Assembly: GCA_021791545.1 (NCBI GenBank)
Contig: JAJYWL010000001.1
Coordinates: forward strand, 5,856-69,855
Length of the DNA: 64,000 nt
Source: a bacterium
GTDB lineage: Bacteria; Patescibacteriota; Microgenomatia; Levybacterales; UBA12049
Direction: 5' to 3'
Position 1 is the first letter of the stretch, and every line of letters starts with the position of its first letter. Shown one piece after another: positions 58,017 to 64,000 of the stretch. The notes under the pieces are model-generated. The model saw only the letters and a program-made list of their open reading frames with translations, ran no database searches and was not told where the DNA came from. A program made the translations under genes and the position numbers.

Positions 58017-58289
58017 ATGGCATATAGACCAAAAGATACACAGGAAAGAATAGTTCATAGACTGAAAATCACAAAAGGACATTTGGAAAAAGTAATAAAA
58101 ATGATTGAAGAAGATGCTTATTGCATTGACGTATTACATCAAATGCAAGCTGCTGAAGCTGCTCTTGAAAAAACAGAAGGAGTTATTCTAGAAAATCATT
58201 TAAAAACTTGTACAGCAGATGCAATAAAAGAAGGAAAAACTGATGAAGCAATTTCTGAAATAATGAACGTTTTTAAAAAAAATATATAA
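58017..58289 (+). CDS. csoR: CsoR/RcnR-family metal-sensing repressor
   Basis: RLKITKGHL, YCIDVL.Q, ENHLKTC (Cys-His-Cys ligand set). Confidence 0.88.
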   Translation: MAYRPKDTQERIVHRLKITKGHLEKVIKMIEEDAYCIDVLHQMQAAEAALEKTEGVILENHLKTCTADAIKEGKTDEAISEIMNVFKKNI

Positions 58290-58291
58290 TT

Positions 58292-58789
58292 ATGGAAAAA
58301 AAAGTAATTATTATTGGTACTATTGTTACGGTTCTTATTCTGGTAGCTAGTATCGTTTGGATGAGCTCTACGAATGTTGATGCGCCTCAAGTTCCCACTT
58401 CGCAAAACGCAAAAGCGTATACAGTTAGCGCTACAAGCGCCGACTGGGGTCAAATTCCAATGTATAAAGGTGACGTAACGAAAGTTTTCGTTATAAAGAA
58501 TGCCGGAACTGATACTTTAAAGCTTTTTAATATAAAAACATCATGTCATTGTACAAAGGCTTTTATCACTATTAATGGAACAGATAGTCCGAGTTTCGGG
58601 ATGGATGGTATTTCTTCATGGGTTGGAGAAGTTGCTCCCGGAAAAGAAGTAAAGCTTACGGTAGATTTTGATCCGGCATATCATGGACCAACAGGAACAG
58701 GACCAATAACCAGATTTATTTCAGTAGAAACAAATGACAAAGCAAATTCGAAATTGACATTTACAGTTACGGGGAATGTGTACAAGTAA
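58292..58789 (+). CDS. DUF1573-like Ig-fold membrane-anchored protein
   Basis: IKNAGTDTL...TSCHCT...FDPAYHGP. Confidence 0.75.
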   Translation: MEKKVIIIGTIVTVLILVASIVWMSSTNVDAPQVPTSQNAKAYTVSATSADWGQIPMYKGDVTKVFVIKNAGTDTLKLFNIKTSCHCTKAFITINGTDSPSFGMDGISSWVGEVAPGKEVKLTVDFDPAYHGPTGTGPITRFISVETNDKANSKLTFTVTGNVYK

Positions 58790-58790
58790 A

Positions 58791-59741
58791 ATGAAAAAGA
58801 AACAACTCATAAAATTTAATAACCTCAAAATAAATTTAAATAAAGTCCTTATAGGATTATTGATAATTGCAGTATTTTTAATTGGAATTCTGGTAAATAA
58901 AATTATTCTTCTTTCTCAAAACTCAAAACAAGCTCAAACAGTAACCCAAGCTCAGGAAAAAACAAAAATAGAAGCACAAAATTTAGTTAGAATAGAGAAT
59001 AAAGTCATAAATAAAAATGGTAATAATCTCAAAATTTCCTGGAACAGTTTAGGAAAACAACTGATTACAGATGGAGTAATTGACGAGAAAAAACTAGCCC
59101 AGTCAATTCTTGGAAAAGATGATCTGACAAAAGATTACGCGAAGTATCTAGACGGTAGTAATCAAACACTAACTCTAAATAGTCAAAATTCCCATTTCTG
59201 GCTTAATGTTTTATGGGGATTAGGTTTGGCAAATAAGAATAAGTTATTAGATTCCGGAGATATGCAAACAAGCGGTAATCCTGCGGATTTTGCCTCTACA
59301 GGTGGATATACCTTAGGGCAAGGTGATCCAATGAGTTATTACAGTAAATATTCATATATTAATTTATCTCCATCACAACAACTTTTGGTTGAAGAAATAG
59401 CAAAAAATATCTATAGACCCTGCTGCGGTAATTCAGCAGCTTTTCCGGATTGCAATCATGGAATGGCAATGCTTGGTTTAATTGAGCTTATGGTTTCTCA
59501 GAATTTCTCCAAAGGGGACATTTATAAAGCAGCTCTTGCTGTTAATAGCTATTGGTTTCCCCAAACTTATTTAAGTATTGCTTATCATTTTGAGAAACTT
59601 GGTAAAGATTATTCTAAAATTCCTGCCCAAGAAATCCTATCTAGTGTTTATTCAAGCTCGCAAGGCAATGCAAAAGTTCAGCAGGAGACTTTAGGGATCA
59701 CCTGGCCTAATCAAGGCTCTGGAGGGAGTTGCGGAACTTAG
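58791..59741 (+). CDS. Membrane-anchored Cys/His-motif hypothetical protein
   Basis: RPCCGNS..FPDCNHG, C-terminal GGSCG. Confidence 0.75.
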   Translation: MKKKQLIKFNNLKINLNKVLIGLLIIAVFLIGILVNKIILLSQNSKQAQTVTQAQEKTKIEAQNLVRIENKVINKNGNNLKISWNSLGKQLITDGVIDEKKLAQSILGKDDLTKDYAKYLDGSNQTLTLNSQNSHFWLNVLWGLGLANKNKLLDSGDMQTSGNPADFASTGGYTLGQGDPMSYYSKYSYINLSPSQQLLVEEIAKNIYRPCCGNSAAFPDCNHGMAMLGLIELMVSQNFSKGDIYKAALAVNSYWFPQTYLSIAYHFEKLGKDYSKIPAQEILSSVYSSSQGNAKVQQETLGITWPNQGSGGSCGT

Positions 59742-60572
59742 ATGGAAAGCATTTTTCAAATATCATTAATCGCTGCTTTTATTGCTGGGATGGTTGCTCT
59801 TTTTGCTCCATGCTGTATTTCTTTCCTACTCCCCGCATATTTAGGTAGCGTTTTTAAGGAAAAAGAGAAAGTTCTTTTAATGACTCTTATTTTTGGTTTG
59901 GGAATTTTTGTGGTAATGATGCCTGCGGTTTTAGGAGTTGCTGCGCTCTCCAAGGTTTTATTTATATATCATGACGAAATTTATGTAGTTGGTGGATTTG
60001 TTATGCTAATCGCAGCGGCAATAACCTTTCTTGGAATAAAATTGCCAATGCCAAATTTACCGGGCAGAGAGCCGGGGAAACACGATCCTCTTTCCATATT
60101 TATCTTAGGTATTTTTTCCGGAATTACAAGCGCTTGCTGCGCGCCTGTTCTAATAGGAGTTTTAACGCTTACTTTTCTTTCTCCGAATTTTTTTGGAGCT
60201 TTAGGAATAGGTGCTACTTATGTATTTGGAATGGTTTTCCCTCTTCTTATTATTTCCCTGTTTCTTTCAGGAAAAGTAGATAAGTTTATGTTTCTTCGAA
60301 AACCAATAACAGAATTTAAGTTCTTGGGCAAAAACAGAATAATTTTAGTCAGTAACTTTCTTGCAGGTGCAATATTTTTCTTTACGGGTGTTCTAATACT
60401 CTCCTTAAACGCTACAGGAAAACTTTCTATGGCAAAAAACGACTCATTTGCAAAAATGATCCAAAACGCAGCAGGAACAGTTAACCAATTTGTTGGAAAC
60501 AACTTGTTACTAAATGTATCATTTTTACTTATCGTTATATTTGTAATTTATAAAATCTCAAAAAAAGTATAA
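59742..60572 (+). CDS. CcdA/DsbD-beta-like membrane protein
   Basis: FAPCCISFLLPAYL and SACCAPVL; multiple TM. Confidence 0.82.
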   Translation: MESIFQISLIAAFIAGMVALFAPCCISFLLPAYLGSVFKEKEKVLLMTLIFGLGIFVVMMPAVLGVAALSKVLFIYHDEIYVVGGFVMLIAAAITFLGIKLPMPNLPGREPGKHDPLSIFILGIFSGITSACCAPVLIGVLTLTFLSPNFFGALGIGATYVFGMVFPLLIISLFLSGKVDKFMFLRKPITEFKFLGKNRIILVSNFLAGAIFFFTGVLILSLNATGKLSMAKNDSFAKMIQNAAGTVNQFVGNNLLLNVSFLLIVIFVIYKISKKV

Positions 60573-60594
60573 AGTAAAATAAGATATAAATATT

Positions 60595-61128
60595 ATGCAG
60601 ATTATTAAACAAATAAATAAAAGGTTTTTGTACATTACAGTTCCGTTAATAATTTTACTTATAATAATTTCGATATTTTTTATCTTTAAAAACCAATTGA
60701 CTTCCGCAAAAGCTCATTATCATGCAGGGTTTATTGTTTTTCAAAATAACAAAAAGCTGAGCTTTTCAGACAGTAAATACATGTTTATTGAGCCATGTGC
60801 CTTAAACCAAAAAAGTTCCGATTCCACTGCCGTTGTACAAATTAAAAAGGCCCATTTACATGATAATGTCGGTGATTTAGTGCATATTGAAAGAACGGGA
60901 GCAATATGGCAGGATTTATTCACAAACATTAATTTTCCGATTGATTATTCAAACGCTATTGGTTATATCAACGGCAAAAAAATATTTAATTTTCAAACGC
61001 AGTCAATTCATCCCTACGACAGTCTAGTTGTTCTTATTGGCAGAAATGATTCTAAATTCCTTAAGCAGGCTGTTACAAAAGATTATATGATAAAAATGGC
61101 AAAAAAAAGTACAACATGCGGAGATTGA
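60595..61128 (+). CDS. Membrane-anchored His-motif hypothetical protein
   Basis: HYHAGF, AHLHD..LVH, C-terminal TCG. Confidence 0.7.
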   Translation: MQIIKQINKRFLYITVPLIILLIIISIFFIFKNQLTSAKAHYHAGFIVFQNNKKLSFSDSKYMFIEPCALNQKSSDSTAVVQIKKAHLHDNVGDLVHIERTGAIWQDLFTNINFPIDYSNAIGYINGKKIFNFQTQSIHPYDSLVVLIGRNDSKFLKQAVTKDYMIKMAKKSTTCGD

Positions 61129-61129
61129 T

Positions 61130-61489
61130 ATGACACCGGATAAAATTATTGTAATATTTTTGGGATTTGTTGGAATAGGATTTACATACTGGTATTTTCT
61201 TATGAAAAAAGATAATGCGGTCGAAGTTGAAAGCTCTGTGGATATTGCAGTTGACGGTGGATATTCTCCAAACACAATCTCTATTCCTAAAGGGAAAACA
61301 ACTACCCTTATTTTTTTGCGTTCTGATCCAAGCAGTTGTCTTGAAGAAGTAGTTCTTCCTGATTTTAAAATCCGCAAGTTCCTACCATTAAATAAAAAAG
61401 TAAATATAGAAATTACTCCAAAGGAGTCAGGGACATACGAAATTGTTTGTGGAATGAATATGTTTCATGGAAAGATTATCGTAAATTGA
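61130..61489 (+). CDS. Cupredoxin-domain protein (CupA-like)
   Basis: TM, GGYSP, SSCLEEVV, CGMNMFHG. Confidence 0.88.
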   Translation: MTPDKIIVIFLGFVGIGFTYWYFLMKKDNAVEVESSVDIAVDGGYSPNTISIPKGKTTTLIFLRSDPSSCLEEVVLPDFKIRKFLPLNKKVNIEITPKESGTYEIVCGMNMFHGKIIVN

Positions 61490-61638
61490 TGAATAAACTT
61501 AAGCTCTATGCTTGTCCTGAATGTGGGCTTTATTATAAAGAAAAAGAGCTTGCGAAAAAATGCGAAGCTTGGTGTAAGGAGCATAATAGTTGTAATTTAG
61601 AAATTACTAAATATTCGATAAATAAAAAAGCATTATAA
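61489..61638 (+). CDS. Small Cys-rich zinc-ribbon-like protein (49 aa)
   Basis: YACPECGLYY...AKKCEAWCKEHNSCNLEI; TGATG coupling. Confidence 0.7.
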   Translation: MNKLKLYACPECGLYYKEKELAKKCEAWCKEHNSCNLEITKYSINKKAL

Positions 61639-61644
61639 AAACTT

Positions 61645-63861
61645 ATGACTGAAGTAAAAAAATCATTTCCCATTAAAGGTATGCATTGCGCCTCATGTGT
61701 AAGGGTGACGGAACGTGCTTTGAAAAAGACACTTGGAGTAAAAGATGCTGTCGTAAATCTTGCAAGCGAAAAAGCGACTGTTACGTATGATGCGGATAAT
61801 TGCACGCCGCAGCAGTTGGCAGAGTCTATTGCAAAGACTGGTTATACTCTTGAGCTTGAAGAGAAAACTGATACAGCGATTAAAGAAGAAAAAAGAAAGG
61901 AACTGCGAAATTTACGAAATAAAGTTATTGTAAGCCTTGGGCTTGGGTGTCTGATTCTCTGGGGTAGTTTTCCGGGACTTATACAAACCTCTCCTGCATT
62001 TCTTCAAAATTTCTTTGTACAATTTATCCTTGCAATTCCCGTTCAGTTTTGGGCAGGATTTGCATTTTACAGAGCGACCATTCCAGCTTTAAAACACAGA
62101 ACGGCAAATATGGATACGCTTGTGGCATTAGGGACAACTGTTGCATTCGGATATTCTGCAATAGTAACTCTTTTTCCTCAATTCGTAAAACAGGCAGGTA
62201 TTGAACCAATGCCATATTTTGATGTTGCAACGATTGTTATCGGCCTTATTTTATTAGGTCGTTATTTTGAGGCAAAGGCAAAGGGACAAACCAGCGAGGC
62301 GATTAAAAAACTTATTGGACTTCAGGCAAAAACCGCACGGATAGTTAGGGACGGAAAAGAAATAGACGTTCCATTAGATCAAGTATTAGTTGGAGATACG
62401 GTACGGGTCAGACCTGGAGAAAAAATTCCGGTTGACGGGGTTATTCTTGAAGGAGAATCTTCAGTTGACGAGTCAATGATTACGGGAGAAAGTATCCCCA
62501 GCGATAAAACTAAAGGAGATACAGTTGTTGGGGCAACAATGAATAAAACTGGAACATTTACATATAAAGCCACAAAAGTTGGAGGAGATTCGATGCTTGC
62601 TCAAATCGTAAAATTGGTTCAGGAAGCACAGGGCAGTAAAGCACCGATTCAACGGCTTGCTGACATTATTTCCTCTTACTTTGTGCCGATTGTTATCATG
62701 CTTGCATTTGTTACGTTTGTTATCTGGTATGTTTTTGTCGGCTCACTATTATTAGCGCTTCTTAGTACTGTTGCGGTTCTTATTATTGCTTGTCCTTGTG
62801 CAATGGGTTTGGCAACTCCTACTGCAATAATGGTTGGCACAGGAAAAGGAGCAACCAATGGCATTTTGATTAAAGATGCAGCGAGTTTAGAGACAGCACA
62901 TAAAATAAATACAATTATTTTTGATAAAACAGGAACATTAACTAACGGAAAACCCGAAGTAACAGATGTAATTTCAGTCAATAAATTAAAGGAAGACGAA
63001 ATGCTAAGGCTTTCTGCATCAATTGAGAAAGGATCAGAGCATTCATTAGCAGAAGCAATTGTTAAGGAAGCGGAAAAACGGAAAATGAATATAGAGTCTG
63101 TTACAAAATTTAAAGCGATTGCAGGACACGGTGTTGAAGGGTTAGTTGGGAAATATCAAATATTTTTAGGTAATAGAAAATTAATGGAAAGAGAAAAAAT
63201 TTCCCTGCTGTCAGTAAATACCGAAATTACCAGACTCGAGAACGGAGGAAAAACAGTAATGATGCTTGCAGTTGACGGAAAGCTAACGGGACTTATTGCT
63301 GTTGCCGATACGGTAAAAGAATCCGCAAAAGAAGGAATAAAAGCACTGCAAAGAATGGGTATAGAAACAGTTATGATTACCGGTGACAATCAAAGAACTG
63401 CAAATGCTATTGCACAAAAAGTCGGTATTACTAGAATCCTATCGGAAGTATTACCTGATCAAAAAGAAGCCGAAGTAAGAAAAATTCAGGCAGAAGGAAA
63501 AAAAGTGGCGATGGTGGGAGACGGGATTAATGACGCACCAGCCTTGGCAGCGGCAGATGTGGGCATTGCAATGGGTACCGGAACCGATGTAGCGATTGAA
63601 GCGGCAGATATTACTCTTATTAATAAAGATTTACAGTCTGTTGCACAGGCAATCAATCTTTCCAAGAAAACAATGCGGACAATTAAGATGAATCTTTTTT
63701 GGGCATTTGGTTACAACATTATCCTGATCCCCGTTGCTATGGGTATATTGTATCCGTTCTTTCATATTCTTTTAAGCCCAATTTTTGCTTCTGTTGCTAT
63801 GGCAAGTAGTTCTGTTTCAGTAGTCTCCAATTCCCTACTTCTAAAAAGAGTGAAAATTTAA
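61645..63861 (+). CDS. copA: Copper-exporting P1B-type ATPase
   Basis: GMHCASC, TGES, CPC, DKTGT, GDGIND, YN, MASSS. Confidence 0.96.
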   Translation: MTEVKKSFPIKGMHCASCVRVTERALKKTLGVKDAVVNLASEKATVTYDADNCTPQQLAESIAKTGYTLELEEKTDTAIKEEKRKELRNLRNKVIVSLGLGCLILWGSFPGLIQTSPAFLQNFFVQFILAIPVQFWAGFAFYRATIPALKHRTANMDTLVALGTTVAFGYSAIVTLFPQFVKQAGIEPMPYFDVATIVIGLILLGRYFEAKAKGQTSEAIKKLIGLQAKTARIVRDGKEIDVPLDQVLVGDTVRVRPGEKIPVDGVILEGESSVDESMITGESIPSDKTKGDTVVGATMNKTGTFTYKATKVGGDSMLAQIVKLVQEAQGSKAPIQRLADIISSYFVPIVIMLAFVTFVIWYVFVGSLLLALLSTVAVLIIACPCAMGLATPTAIMVGTGKGATNGILIKDAASLETAHKINTIIFDKTGTLTNGKPEVTDVISVNKLKEDEMLRLSASIEKGSEHSLAEAIVKEAEKRKMNIESVTKFKAIAGHGVEGLVGKYQIFLGNRKLMEREKISLLSVNTEITRLENGGKTVMMLAVDGKLTGLIAVADTVKESAKEGIKALQRMGIETVMITGDNQRTANAIAQKVGITRILSEVLPDQKEAEVRKIQAEGKKVAMVGDGINDAPALAAADVGIAMGTGTDVAIEAADITLINKDLQSVAQAINLSKKTMRTIKMNLFWAFGYNIILIPVAMGILYPFFHILLSPIFASVAMASSSVSVVSNSLLLKRVKI

Positions 63862-63900
63862 TTAAATAAGCTAATTTCACCAAATTTCAATTACAAAGAA

Positions 63901-63937
63901 TTGACATTCACAAAAACGAATACTACAATCTGTAGTG
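63901..63937 (+). promoter_or_regulatory. Promoter with a palindromic operator over the -10
   Basis: TTGACA-N17-TACAAT; ACTACA-ATC-TGTAGT. Confidence 0.75.
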
Positions 63938-63938
63938 T

Positions 63939-64000
63939 ATGCAGATAAAATCGATTAGTGAATTAGAGCAGGTAGTAATGGATATTGTTTGGGAATTGAA
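63939..64000 (+). CDS. BlaI/MecI/CopY-family repressor, partial (5' end only)
   Basis: MQIKSISELEQVVMDIVWEL matches the family N-terminus (S/T-x-x-E-x-x-V-M-x-x-x-W). Confidence 0.7.
   Translation, partial: MQIKSISELEQVVMDIVWEL

Noticed and set aside
1-64000. CRISPR array, rRNA, transposase/IS, integrase, reverse transcriptase or DGR
   Set aside because: No regularly spaced repeats, rRNA signatures or matching catalytic motifs were seen by eye
1-64000. Stop-codon reassignment (code 25)
   Set aside because: Core genes are intact under code 11, and TGA ends genes such as recG and nusB-adjacent rpsP

Overview
The window looks like a Patescibacteria (CPR) chromosome segment, probably Microgenomates. 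This is inferred from the streamlined housekeeping genes, a type IV pilus locus without pilQ, and many short orphan genes with leaderless promoters. In order it holds: an orphan-gene patch (1-4.2 kb); a complete type IV pilus locus (pilB-pilT-pilC, major pilin, pilD, six further pilins, PilX-like, pilMNO); translation and replication housekeeping genes (trmD, khpA, rpsP, rnc, nusB, rpmF, recG, tyrS, class A PBP, pheST, rplT-rpmI-infC-thrS, tig); two tandem lysozyme-fold hydrolases; a two-component system with a MacAB-type operon; msrAB and an MFS transporter; and, after 51.5 kb, an accessory block with a PLD-family gene, a VirB2/VirB6/PrgI/VirB4/M23 T4SS-like module and a copper operon. Five tRNA genes are scattered from 33 to 51 kb. 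The most notable unannotated signals are: (1) a complete leader-peptide transcription attenuator in front of three orphan genes (34.77-34.92 kb); (2) two distant orphan paralogs sharing an N-terminal domain, one with a PD-(D/E)XK-like C-terminus; (3) CiaR-like direct-repeat boxes that define a regulon including a 27-aa protein; (4) a copper promoter with both a BlaI/CopY-type and a CsoR-type operator; (5) terminator hairpins inside the 5' leaders of the T4SS operon and a hydrolase gene. All calls come from reading the sequence by eye; no database searches or folding programs were run.
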